Below, piece by piece: positions 37,107-46,281 of a stretch of DNA of 64,000 nucleotides. The stretch is from a virus. The stretch is from IMG/VR virus record IMGVR_UViG_3300043411_002794, positions 1 through 64,000 of that record; one strand, written 5' to 3'. The position numbers were made by a program, and so were the translations under genes. Under the pieces are notes generated by a model. It saw nothing but the letters and a program-made list of their open reading frames with translations, searched no databases and had not been told where the DNA came from. Numbering within the stretch: the first letter of the stretch is position 1; the number at the start of each line of letters is the position of its first letter.

Positions 37107-38918
37107 CTACCGACCGAGAGCGCGACGAGCAGCTTCCAGCGGATCCAGCCCCGGCGCCCCGGCGGGCGGGGCGACCGATGCAACAGGCATCTGTTGCTGG
37201 ACCGGTTGCTGTTGCTGCGGCATCGTAAACGGTGCCGTAACAGTCTGCGGCATCGGAGCCGACGGCATGACCGGAGCCGGAGGCATGGTCATAGCCGGAA
37301 TGCTCCCGGACGGAATGCTGGCGTCGGGCGGCGGCGGTGCGAACACCGTCGCCGGCACGGTCTGACCGAGGGGCAACTGACCGGCTCCCGGCATGCCGGG
37401 AAATTGCATCTGCGCACCGGGTTGCTGTGCCTGCGGTTGACCGCCGAAACCGCCACCACCGAACCCGCCACCGACGAAGCCGCCCCCGCCGAAGCCGGTT
37501 TGCGGCTGTTGGACGGGAGGTTGCTGCGGGGCTGGTTGGAACTGCTGCGGGGCAGGTTGGAACTGCTGCTCGACCTGAGGCTGCTCGGGCTGCCCCGGCA
37601 TCATCACGTGCGGCATCGTGGTTGCGGGAATGCCGCCACCACCGAACCCACCGAAGCCGCCTTGCGGTTGCTCCGGAACCGGATTAGGTCCGCCGAACCC
37701 GGCGCCGAATTGCTGCGGAGCAACCATCGGCATGCCCGGCATCATCGGCATTCCGGGCATCATCGGCATACCCGGCATCATCTGACCGCCCATCATCGGC
37801 ATTTGCGGCATACCGGGCATACCCGGCATCGCCACCTGCGTGGCAGCAACGGCACGGCGACGGATGTCTTCCGTGATCCATTGCGGGTGATCACGCCACG
37901 CGTACATCAGCATGTCGCCGGGGAACCGCGGGGCGAGCATCGCAGCCTGCTCGTCGAACGTCGGTTGGTGCAGGATGTCGTCCCACAGCTGCGTGCGCTG
38001 CAGCACGTATTCCGGCGGCACCGGCAGCGTCGCCGGGACCGTGCCCATGAACGACTGCTCCCAAATGAAGTCGAACCCGATCTCTTCGCGACCGCCGCCG
38101 TTGTCGTTGCTCGGCATGCCGCCAGCAGGACCACCGAACGTCGAAACCGGTCCGGCCGCGGCTGCGTTAGCAGCCCGCGTACGGGGGTTACCGTCGGTCT
38201 TGCGGAAGATCGTCAAGAACCGCCCGTGCTGCAGCGACACCGGGTCGCCCGCTTCCATGCTGTTCTCGTAGTCGGCAGGGTCGCCGTTGAAGTTCGCCTT
38301 CACGCGATTCAGCGACTCCACGATCAGCTTGCCGAGCCCTTGGCTGAGCTCGTAGACGATGGCCTTTTCGTTCGGCCCGCTGCCCTTCCACGGCTGGAAC
38401 ATCTTCTGGCCGTTGGCGAGGATCGCCACCTGCACCAAGTAGATGCCGCCCGGCTTCGGCAAGTCGGCCGAACGCCCTTGCCCGCCACGGAGGTAGCCAC
38501 CCCAGCCGCGATCTTGCTTAGCCGCCACGGCGCGTTCGATGGCGTTGTAGAGCACGTGGGCCGGGCTCATCGCCAATTCGCTCGCTTCGCCGGAAGGCGT
38601 CGCAATGATGAACGTCGTCTTGTCGTTGCCCATGCCGAATTGACGGGCGGCAGGGTAGTAACGAATCCAGTCGCCGAAGTGGTTCGGCTTCTGCGAGGTC
38701 CGGTACGGCTCCAGGACGCTCGGGTTCTCCGGCGAAGGCGGAGGCAGGAAACGCACGGTCGAAACCGAGCCCTGCTGATACGACGGCTTCCAGTACTGTG
38801 CCGCACCCGGCTTCAATACGAAATTACCACGCTCGGAGTTACGATCTCCAGCTGCGGTGAGCGCGTCCGCAGTAGAGTAGGACCGGGCCGAACGGCCCGT
38901 CGTCGAAGGCATGCTCAT
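37107..38918 (-). CDS. gp32-like single-stranded DNA-binding protein with long low-complexity tail
   Basis: Start reassigned to MSMPS (GGGGGA upstream); TVRFLP and DPVSLQHGRFLTIFRK recall gp32-family SSBs; lies between polA and recA. Confidence 0.65.
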   Translation of the reverse strand: MSMPSTTGRSARSYSTADALTAAGDRNSERGNFVLKPGAAQYWKPSYQQGSVSTVRFLPPPSPENPSVLEPYRTSQKPNHFGDWIRYYPAARQFGMGNDKTTFIIATPSGEASELAMSPAHVLYNAIERAVAAKQDRGWGGYLRGGQGRSADLPKPGGIYLVQVAILANGQKMFQPWKGSGPNEKAIVYELSQGLGKLIVESLNRVKANFNGDPADYENSMEAGDPVSLQHGRFLTIFRKTDGNPRTRAANAAAAGPVSTFGGPAGGMPSNDNGGGREEIGFDFIWEQSFMGTVPATLPVPPEYVLQRTQLWDDILHQPTFDEQAAMLAPRFPGDMLMYAWRDHPQWITEDIRRRAVAATQVAMPGMPGMPQMPMMGGQMMPGMPMMPGMPMMPGMPMVAPQQFGAGFGGPNPVPEQPQGGFGGFGGGGIPATTMPHVMMPGQPEQPQVEQQFQPAPQQFQPAPQQPPVQQPQTGFGGGGFVGGGFGGGGFGGQPQAQQPGAQMQFPGMPGAGQLPLGQTVPATVFAPPPPDASIPSGSIPAMTMPPAPVMPSAPMPQTVTAPFTMPQQQQPVQQQMPVASVAPPAGAPGLDPLEAARRALGR

Positions 38919-39041
38919 ACATCCCCCAAAGCAAAAAAGAAAAACAGAAAAGTGAAAAACGAAGCAGAAAACAGTGAAGAAAAATAAAGTGCCATAAAGG
39001 CAATAAGGCGTCCAACATACCAGACGGATTGCAGCCGCCAA
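38919..39041 (-). promoter_or_regulatory. promoter plus U-rich 5' leader of the SSB gene
   Basis: TTGGCG-N16-TATGTT with extended -10 TG (39014..39041), then about 65 nt almost entirely T/C. Confidence 0.6.
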
Positions 39042-39042
39042 G

Positions 39043-39453
39043 TCAGTCGACATTTTGTGGCACGGCCGGTGTCGAACACTGTAGGTCGTAGGCCTTGTCG
39101 AGTTCCGAGTGATACAGGTGATGCTCGGCAAAATGTGGCGTAACGATACCCGGAAAGAGCATCACATAATCGCCCTCTTCGTTGAGCAGCCCCCATACCG
39201 GTACGCCCGGCGCACTACTGCGGGGTACTGCCTCCGGGTCGTACCAGTGGAGCCGTCGCAGTTCAAACTCAAACATGGTGTCCAGCAAATGTGCAACCCA
39301 TTCCGTGCAACCCGTGCCGGAGAGCAGCTCGCTGCGGTTGAACATCTGCTTGATCTGATCCGGAGTGGGCTCCGGGTCATAAAGCATGAAGTGTTGTTTA
39401 CCGAGGCCGCGAATGTGATCGCCAAACGTATACAGAGAAACGGGAGCGATCAT
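39043..39453 (-). CDS. hypothetical protein (136 aa)
   Basis: ATGA-coupled to the polymerase stop. Confidence 0.65.
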   Translation of the reverse strand: MIAPVSLYTFGDHIRGLGKQHFMLYDPEPTPDQIKQMFNRSELLSGTGCTEWVAHLLDTMFEFELRRLHWYDPEAVPRSSAPGVPVWGLLNEEGDYVMLFPGIVTPHFAEHHLYHSELDKAYDLQCSTPAVPQNVD

Positions 39454-42400
39454 GCGGCCATTGCCTCTTCATAGGTCTTGGGCGGATTCAACATCCACCG
39501 CGGAAGATTGCGCTCGGCAACTTCCTCTTCACTGATGTGCTCACCCCAGTGGATGAACATTTCTTTGTCGATGCCGAAGTAGTACGGCCCCGCATTCAGC
39601 GGCGTGCCGTCCAGGTCCCGTGGTTGGAACGGAACCGACGTCATGCAGCGGGCCATCGTGTCGTAATAAACACGGGCCGCATGCTCAACGGGCACCAACA
39701 GAATGATCGCATCGTGGATCTGCAGCATCAGATGGTAGTAGAACTCGCGGGGATCGAACTGTTTGCGGTAATCAACGAAGTTGAACAACATCTCGTTGAC
39801 CGCTTCGGCCACGCCGTTTTGAATCCCGAAGTTCTGGAACTGCCGCTGCTGCTCGCCGATCACTTGGCGGTCATTTGTGGACTGCAATCTTCGATAGCTA
39901 AGATACGCTCCGCTCATCCAGTGCTGGTTTACGGCCCGTTCACGACAGCGGGCCAGATAAGCATCAACGCCGGAATAGTCATGCAGGTAGCTATCGATCA
40001 TCGCCTGGCACTGATCAACGGTGACGTTCACGCCTTCTTCGGCACACTGCCGGGCGATGGCTTCCGCCGACCGCCCGTACGGGATACCGAAGTTCACGTT
40101 TTTGGCCGCCACATAAAGGCCCTTGTTGCCGGAGTCGCTAAGACCCTTCTTCGTCGGAGCGCACGACAACTGAAACGTGGAACAGGCCCGGCGGGCATGC
40201 ATACCGAAGTAGTCCGGATCGTCCTCTTCCAGATCATTACGCCGGACGTGTTCGATCATCAGCGTATCCTGGGCCTGCCAGGCCAATACGGCCAACTCGG
40301 CGCCCTTGATATCTGCTTCAATCCCGACGTAGCCCGGCGGCACGGTCAACACGGAGCGGATGGGATGGTGATACAACCGTTCGACGCGGAAGATGTCCTT
40401 GTAGGCGCCGTTCAGAATGCGGTTGTAATCGTCCTCGCGTCGCTTCGAGATGTTCTGCAAATTCGGCCTGCGACTGGCAAACCGACAGGTTTCGAGCGTC
40501 TGCAATAAGTGCGTCCGCACCCGGCCGTCGGTACACATGGAGCCGAGCAGGCCGGCGTCATACTCGAAGTTGCCGTCTTCGTCCCGGTTGAACTCTCCGG
40601 TCGATTCATCCTGCGTCGGTTTCCGCAGCACGGTCTTAACGACCTGCGTAAGAAACTTGAGGTCACGAAGCTGCCGCGCAAGCGGATTACGGTGGCCCAG
40701 GATGCCAAGCACTTCTTTGTCGACGGACGGGGCGAAGTTGCCGTCTTCGCGGCGATTGATCAAATCGACCCACAGCTTCTTCCGCTTGCCGGTACTCGTG
40801 ATCGGCTGCAGTCCCAGCGACACAGGTTCCGGATGACCCGGTTCCGGCGTCGGTCGGATCCGCACGAACTGCCCGGTCTGCTTGTCGCGCTTACGGGCAT
40901 ATTCGTCACCGAACAACATGGCGACGCATTGCGGATGGCTCTGATGATTGAAGTTCGGCCAGTTGAGTTTGGTGCGCAAGTCGGCCAGCAACACTTCGCT
41001 GGCCTGCAAGAACACCGAGGTCAGCTCGTCCGCCCGATCCTTATCGATCTGGAAGCCGCACCGTTCCATCTCCAACACCGCCGCAGAGGCTTTGTGATGG
41101 CGATGATACGCGGCCCAGCAGTTGTTACCGAACCGATCGGCGTCCAACAACCCGCCCGGCTTCGTGTGCTGCACGTGGATCCGCAGCGTCACGTCTACGT
41201 CGTAGCAGCCGTAGTGCGGGTTCGTGTCGCCCCGTCGCAACTTGTCAGGGCACAACACTTCCGCCGGACATTCGCCGTACCCTTCCAGGTCCTCGAACTT
41301 GAGATGGTTCACGCTGCAGAAGCGTTTCTTCCATTCGCTCAAAGCCGTGTCGTAGCGAGGACACGTCGTGAGCTTCATGGCCACTTCTTCCAGCTTGAGC
41401 CGTGCCGTCTCGTTAATCGAGTGATGCTCTAACGACGTATCCCAACCGCCCGCACGCGGGTCCGCAGGATCCGGGAAGTATTCGTCCCGTACGTCGAGCC
41501 CCTCGTTGACGAGCCACGGCATATCCGCCCGAAGGAAGTGCCCGCCAATCTTCACCCGACGCCCCGGCGTGCTCTTGCAAAGCCGCCGCATATGGAACAT
41601 CAGGCGTTCGATCGACGGAGAACAGGCCACGGCGCCGCCAGGATGCCGAAGCACCAAGCAGCGGGCCCACTTCTCCTTGTAGGTGAACTGGATCGTACGC
41701 ACGTAAGATCCGGGCTCGCCCGGCTGCTCTCCGTGCCACTCAGCGTCCAGCGCGATCGTGCTGTTCTGCTCCACCGGCAACGCCAAGATCTCGTCCACAA
41801 CGCGAGACAACTCCCGCTCGGTGTAGATGTTGCCGTGATCGACATCCTTCTCCTCGGCTCCGACCTCGCCTCCGTTGATCATGTGCCAGAACAGCCGCAG
41901 CTGCTCCATGAACGGATCTTCAAGCTCAGGTGTCCGGTGCACGGCAGCAGGATGCAGGGCCGCCATGACGCGGATCTTATGCATCTGCGGCTGCTCACCT
42001 TCCCGAGCTTGCAGCGGAACCTCAATATCGATCACCCGGCCGTGCATGTTCGTGACACCGAACGACGACCCGAGCACCGCCTTAGAGGCTTCGGAGCCGA
42101 GACAGAGCAGGTACTTCGGCCGCACGAGCCGCAGCTCTTCGTGGAGCAGCGGCAGGCAATTCTTGATCCACGTCGTCGGCATGCTGCCGAGATTCGGATC
42201 AAGGGCCCCGTGCTTCACGAGGTTGGTGACGTACCAGCTATTGGCGACGTCGGTCGGAATGCCGAGCTCGTACACCGCTTTGTGCAGCTCATCGCTTGCC
42301 GGGCCGATGAAGTTGCATCTGCGCGACAACTCATCCTGCCCGGGCTGCTTGCCGAGAATCATGACGTCCGACTGCATCGGGCCGCCGCCGAAGTTGTCTG

Positions 42401-42752
42401 TGGAATAGCCCCACAGATGCCCCGGCACAAACTGAGCCGGCAAGAGCCGACCCTTGAGATCCACCTGGATCATAAACGTCGGGTCATACAGAGCCCGGCG
42501 ATAGAGGTAGTGCAAACACGGACCAATGGATCGCAGGCGTTTATTGACGCCCGTGCCCATGAAGACCGTGTCGGTGTCGCCCATCAATTCTGCTTGCCGC
42601 AGGAAGTCGGGTCCCGGCAAGGGCATCCCGACGGCGTCCAGCGGATAGAACGGGAATTCGCGGTCGAGATGTTCGCTCGGTCGTCCCTGCAAAATCCCTG
42701 AAAAAGCTTCCAACGTCTGTTCGTAGCTCGTTGGAACGGCAGTTGTCGTCAT
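39450..42752 (-). CDS. polA: family A DNA polymerase with N-terminal uracil-DNA-glycosylase-like domain (SPO1-type)
   Basis: UDG4-like GKQPG...FIGPAS...TNLVKH...LHPAAV; Exo LDAEW; motif A DIKGAEL, motif B AAKNVNFGIPYG, motif C QIHDAI. Confidence 0.93.
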   Translation of the reverse strand: MTTTAVPTSYEQTLEAFSGILQGRPSEHLDREFPFYPLDAVGMPLPGPDFLRQAELMGDTDTVFMGTGVNKRLRSIGPCLHYLYRRALYDPTFMIQVDLKGRLLPAQFVPGHLWGYSTDNFGGGPMQSDVMILGKQPGQDELSRRCNFIGPASDELHKAVYELGIPTDVANSWYVTNLVKHGALDPNLGSMPTTWIKNCLPLLHEELRLVRPKYLLCLGSEASKAVLGSSFGVTNMHGRVIDIEVPLQAREGEQPQMHKIRVMAALHPAAVHRTPELEDPFMEQLRLFWHMINGGEVGAEEKDVDHGNIYTERELSRVVDEILALPVEQNSTIALDAEWHGEQPGEPGSYVRTIQFTYKEKWARCLVLRHPGGAVACSPSIERLMFHMRRLCKSTPGRRVKIGGHFLRADMPWLVNEGLDVRDEYFPDPADPRAGGWDTSLEHHSINETARLKLEEVAMKLTTCPRYDTALSEWKKRFCSVNHLKFEDLEGYGECPAEVLCPDKLRRGDTNPHYGCYDVDVTLRIHVQHTKPGGLLDADRFGNNCWAAYHRHHKASAAVLEMERCGFQIDKDRADELTSVFLQASEVLLADLRTKLNWPNFNHQSHPQCVAMLFGDEYARKRDKQTGQFVRIRPTPEPGHPEPVSLGLQPITSTGKRKKLWVDLINRREDGNFAPSVDKEVLGILGHRNPLARQLRDLKFLTQVVKTVLRKPTQDESTGEFNRDEDGNFEYDAGLLGSMCTDGRVRTHLLQTLETCRFASRRPNLQNISKRREDDYNRILNGAYKDIFRVERLYHHPIRSVLTVPPGYVGIEADIKGAELAVLAWQAQDTLMIEHVRRNDLEEDDPDYFGMHARRACSTFQLSCAPTKKGLSDSGNKGLYVAAKNVNFGIPYGRSAEAIARQCAEEGVNVTVDQCQAMIDSYLHDYSGVDAYLARCRERAVNQHWMSGAYLSYRRLQSTNDRQVIGEQQRQFQNFGIQNGVAEAVNEMLFNFVDYRKQFDPREFYYHLMLQIHDAIILLVPVEHAARVYYDTMARCMTSVPFQPRDLDGTPLNAGPYYFGIDKEMFIHWGEHISEEEVAERNLPRWMLNPPKTYEEAMAA

Positions 42753-42762
42753 AGGTGCTTTC

Positions 42763-42777
42763 GGTAATTAGAAACCC
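42763..42777 (+). repeat. dispersed motif, copy 4 (GGTAATTAGAAACCC), inverted
   Basis: Exact match on the plus strand in the 27-bp primase-polA gap. Confidence 0.9.
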
Positions 42778-42779
42778 GA

Positions 42780-43895
42780 CTACCAGGCAGGCAACGTGAT
42801 ATTGGCCTGGAAAGCCGCATTGCGAATCATTTGAACGTCGAGCTCGTGAGTGTAATCGCCCGGATCGAATTTGTCGGGCAAGCGCACCATTGCGACCGGG
42901 CTAGTGCCGAGTCGCTGTAGCTCGCGGAGGATCCCTTCCGATTGTTGAATGGCGTCATTGTCGAGCATGATGATGATCGGCTTGCCGGTCCACGTCCGCA
43001 GCAGCATCTGCTGCGGGCCGGTGAGAGTCTTGCCGAGCAACGCCACTGCCGGGCCGCCGATGCGCCACACGCTCGGAGCCCCTTCCACCACGACCACGAA
43101 GGGCCAGTCTTTGGCCGTATCGAAGTTGTAGAGCATCCGACTCTTCGGCATGCCCGGACGGCCGTAGTACTTGGGAATACCGCTGGTCTTCCAGTCCACG
43201 TCTTCCAGGTACCGTGTCTGCCAGCCGACGAGCTGGCCCTGCATCTTGATCGGGATGTACAACCGATCGCGGGCGGCCCAGAAGTCCCGCTCCGCTTCCA
43301 GCACATAACCGATATCGAAGGCCTGCTGCAAATATTCCGGCGTGTACTGACGACGCCCGATGTACTGCAAAGCCTTGTGACCCGGATACAGCTCACTAAG
43401 CCGCAGGATCGATCCCGGCGGGCGGACCTGAATCAGCGCGGAGGAGATATCCTCTCCCGGCAAGATGACGGCCTCGCGTCGCATATGGCGACCGATGCTG
43501 CGGAAGATCAGATCTTCCAATGCCCGCCGATTGCCGAAGGTGTCCATGCACGGCTCGTTGAAGCAGTGGGCGAGCCAATGCTGCGGAGCCCCGCGGTCAT
43601 CTTCTTGTCCGTACAAATAGTTGATCCACAGCCGCTGCCGTGAATCGTGACAGAACGGACAATTGACCCGGTAGTACTCGCCCCAGGTCAAGGGACGAGA
43701 CTGCCGACGACGGTTGTTAAACGGCCCCGCCGGCAATCCGGAAGATGCCCGACTGAAACTGTCGCCCGGCATCGTCATGGCCGTCGCCGTCGCCATCGCC
43801 GGAGCGCCGGACATCTGAATGCCCTCGTTGGCGATCATGACGTGTTTGAACTGCTGCACCAGCAAAGAGTAAAGCAGCGGGTTTAATCCTGGCAT
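42780..43895 (-). CDS. DNA primase (Zn-binding + TOPRIM)
   Basis: CPFCHD...HCFNEPC; VVVVEG and LDND; start MPGLNP in TAATG overlap with the DnaB stop. Confidence 0.88.
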   Translation of the reverse strand: MPGLNPLLYSLLVQQFKHVMIANEGIQMSGAPAMATATAMTMPGDSFSRASSGLPAGPFNNRRRQSRPLTWGEYYRVNCPFCHDSRQRLWINYLYGQEDDRGAPQHWLAHCFNEPCMDTFGNRRALEDLIFRSIGRHMRREAVILPGEDISSALIQVRPPGSILRLSELYPGHKALQYIGRRQYTPEYLQQAFDIGYVLEAERDFWAARDRLYIPIKMQGQLVGWQTRYLEDVDWKTSGIPKYYGRPGMPKSRMLYNFDTAKDWPFVVVVEGAPSVWRIGGPAVALLGKTLTGPQQMLLRTWTGKPIIIMLDNDAIQQSEGILRELQRLGTSPVAMVRLPDKFDPGDYTHELDVQMIRNAAFQANITLPAW

Positions 43896-45589
43896 TAGTC
43901 CACACCGATCCCGTAGTCTGACTGCGTAGTAGGTCCGACCGCCGGACGAAAGCCCGGCGGACCGTGGCCCGCAGGACCACGCGACACACCCTGAATCTGC
44001 ATCGCCGTCGACGAATCGATGAAGCGACCGCTGGCCAGGTCTAGTTGGTAATTGTTGGCAATCACCATCTGCGAATAGTCGTAATCGATGCGAAGCACGG
44101 CCGGTTGCTTGTTGGCGGCTTCGTGATAACGAACCTTCGACCAGTTGAGCAACAGACATCCCGTCTGTTTGTCCTTCACGCCGAGGCAGCCGCACGCCGC
44201 CAGATTTTCCGCAAACGCCTTCGATTCCGCGGCATCCGAGTGATGCAGCAGTGTCGTCGGAGCCCGCTTATTCTGGTCGCCGTTGAACTGGTGCGCGAGC
44301 CAAACCGTGGCCTGAAACTTCTCCGCCACCTGTTGTCGCAGCTGGTCGCCCAACCGACGTAAGTGATAACGGAGACGATCAGGATCTTCGTCACGAGCTT
44401 CCATGAACCGCGTACAGAGCAAACCGGCGTAGTCGATGTGGACCGTGCCGATCTCCTGCCCGCGTTCTTCTCGTAGCCGAGTCAGCAAACTGACGATCTC
44501 TGCCACGCCGCCGCGGCCTGCATTAGGGAAGCGCTCCGAGCCCGAAGCATCGAGCAGCACGAACGACTTGTTGACCCATTCGCAAGCCCGGGCGTATCGC
44601 TCCGACTCGCTCAGCACCATACCGCCGAACCGCCTCGCTTGCTCCGCACCAAGTTCCAGATCTGCAGGCGACAAATTGGCCTGCGTAGTGAGCTTGGTCC
44701 AGTCCATCTCTTCGATCGTACTGCGCTTGATCTTGGCGGCGTAGGACCAGATACGCGGCCGGATCTTACCCTCCGGTTCTTCGTACGAGATCAAAACCGC
44801 CAGCGGCGATGCAGTGTTGAATTGACGCGAACGCTCGAAATAGTTCTGCGCGTTCTGCAGTGCCAGGTGGCACAACTGCGTCGTCTTACCGCTGCCGAAC
44901 ACGCCCAGCAACCCATTACAGTCGCCCGGCCGCTGCCCCTTGATGTAATCGTCGAAGTGCGGGATCCCGGTCTTGTTGTACAACTGCGGCGGCGGCAACG
45001 GCGTGCCGAACAACGGCATCGCCTCGGCCACCGGCATGTCGCGCATCGCTTCGATCCGCATCATGCGATTCTGTGCATCTTCCAAGATGCCTTGCACATC
45101 GGAGACGTACGTCTGCTCGGCGCCCTGGGCTAACCGCGACTGCAGCGGGAACACCACCAAGCGCTCACGGAGGAAGCGTCGCAAGACGTCGCGGCCCTGA
45201 TCAGGCATCAACTCGGACGTTTTCGTGTTATAGATCGTCCAGATCAAACCGCCCTGCCCGTTGTACACGAGTTGCTGCAGGTCCTGCGGCAACAACGCCG
45301 TCGGGTCAGCGGCGACGCGTCGCTCAATCTCATAGATGAGCGCCATCACGGTCCAGTCCCGGTACTGATCGACCATCGTGGCGAACGTCGCCCACAAGAC
45401 GGCCCAGTGTGCCTCCGTTTGCTGCCGGAACAAATCCGGTCGCAACAGAGGGCGGGCCTCGGCGTAAATCGCCGGGCACCGCATGATGTACAAAAACATG
45501 CAGTAAATTTCTTGCTCGGAAACCGGCACCGTGTGTTCGGCCAGTTGAGTATCTAGTCGACGTTGCGTCCGTTCTGAACGATGCGACAT
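43895..45589 (-). CDS. DnaB-like replicative helicase
   Basis: Walker A GVFGSGKTT, ISYEE, HIDYAGL and WLAHQ. Confidence 0.88.
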   Translation of the reverse strand: MSHRSERTQRRLDTQLAEHTVPVSEQEIYCMFLYIMRCPAIYAEARPLLRPDLFRQQTEAHWAVLWATFATMVDQYRDWTVMALIYEIERRVAADPTALLPQDLQQLVYNGQGGLIWTIYNTKTSELMPDQGRDVLRRFLRERLVVFPLQSRLAQGAEQTYVSDVQGILEDAQNRMMRIEAMRDMPVAEAMPLFGTPLPPPQLYNKTGIPHFDDYIKGQRPGDCNGLLGVFGSGKTTQLCHLALQNAQNYFERSRQFNTASPLAVLISYEEPEGKIRPRIWSYAAKIKRSTIEEMDWTKLTTQANLSPADLELGAEQARRFGGMVLSESERYARACEWVNKSFVLLDASGSERFPNAGRGGVAEIVSLLTRLREERGQEIGTVHIDYAGLLCTRFMEARDEDPDRLRYHLRRLGDQLRQQVAEKFQATVWLAHQFNGDQNKRAPTTLLHHSDAAESKAFAENLAACGCLGVKDKQTGCLLLNWSKVRYHEAANKQPAVLRIDYDYSQMVIANNYQLDLASGRFIDSSTAMQIQGVSRGPAGHGPPGFRPAVGPTTQSDYGIGVD

Positions 45590-45591
45590 TG

Positions 45592-46281
45592 TTATCCTTT
45601 CGGGCTAGTCATTTCGCGCTGAATCTGCGTAGCTTCATCGCGAATAGGTTGCGGCAGCGTCGGTAGTAATCGGTCGTACGCAACGCGATTGAACAGGTAT
45701 TCCACGGCGGCCTGACGGAGAAAGTCCGCCGCCAATTCATGCAGACCAAACTCAGTTGCCATGCAGTACCGCAGCAGCGGTCCCGCCTGCACGCGGTGTC
45801 GGTCACAAATAGCCGTGACCTGAATGGCTCGATCCGTTTGGGCCGGATAGAGTCGTTTCAAAGCCCAGATCTCGGTCTGCACGACTTCCCGTTGTCGATG
45901 CCACGACTCGGCAATCTCTGAGCTGCGCTCGGCGGTGATCTGGTAATAGTGCGAAAGAATATCACCGTGTGTCAGCGTATTCGGGGCAGGCGGCGTACGC
46001 CCGCGACGAAGTGCAAACGCCGCCTGGATGTACACGATCGGATCGAGCTGGTGCTGCGTGAAGAAGTCGGCCAGCCGCGGCCAGATCGGCCGGTGGTTAC
46101 GACCAAACGAATCGCGACCGCCATCCCAGTGCGGGATCTCTTCATCGCCGTAGGTCAGCGCCGACGGACACGCACGACGATACTCGGCGCAGTAGATGCT
46201 CCGAATAAACGTCGGCAGTACCGCTTCGGTGATCTCTCCCAAACCTTCGCCGAGAGAGATTCCTCGTCTCGGGTCGGTCAT
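45592..46281 (-). CDS. hypothetical protein, possible helicase loader
   Basis: Between SF2 helicase and DnaB; helical, YIQAAF...PAPNTL; role inferred from position. Confidence 0.55.
   Translation of the reverse strand: MTDPRRGISLGEGLGEITEAVLPTFIRSIYCAEYRRACPSALTYGDEEIPHWDGGRDSFGRNHRPIWPRLADFFTQHQLDPIVYIQAAFALRRGRTPPAPNTLTHGDILSHYYQITAERSSEIAESWHRQREVVQTEIWALKRLYPAQTDRAIQVTAICDRHRVQAGPLLRYCMATEFGLHELAADFLRQAAVEYLFNRVAYDRLLPTLPQPIRDEATQIQREMTSPKG

Noticed and set aside
37194-38987. Long plus-strand ORFs (also 20429..22072, 17775..18764, 46305..47855 and others)
   Set aside because: Antisense shadows of well-supported minus-strand genes in GC-rich DNA; Arg/His-rich with no motifs
38919-39131. 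Apparent transmembrane N terminus (LFFFTVFCFVFHF) on the SSB
   Set aside because: Artefact of translating the U-rich leader; it also overlaps the upstream gene
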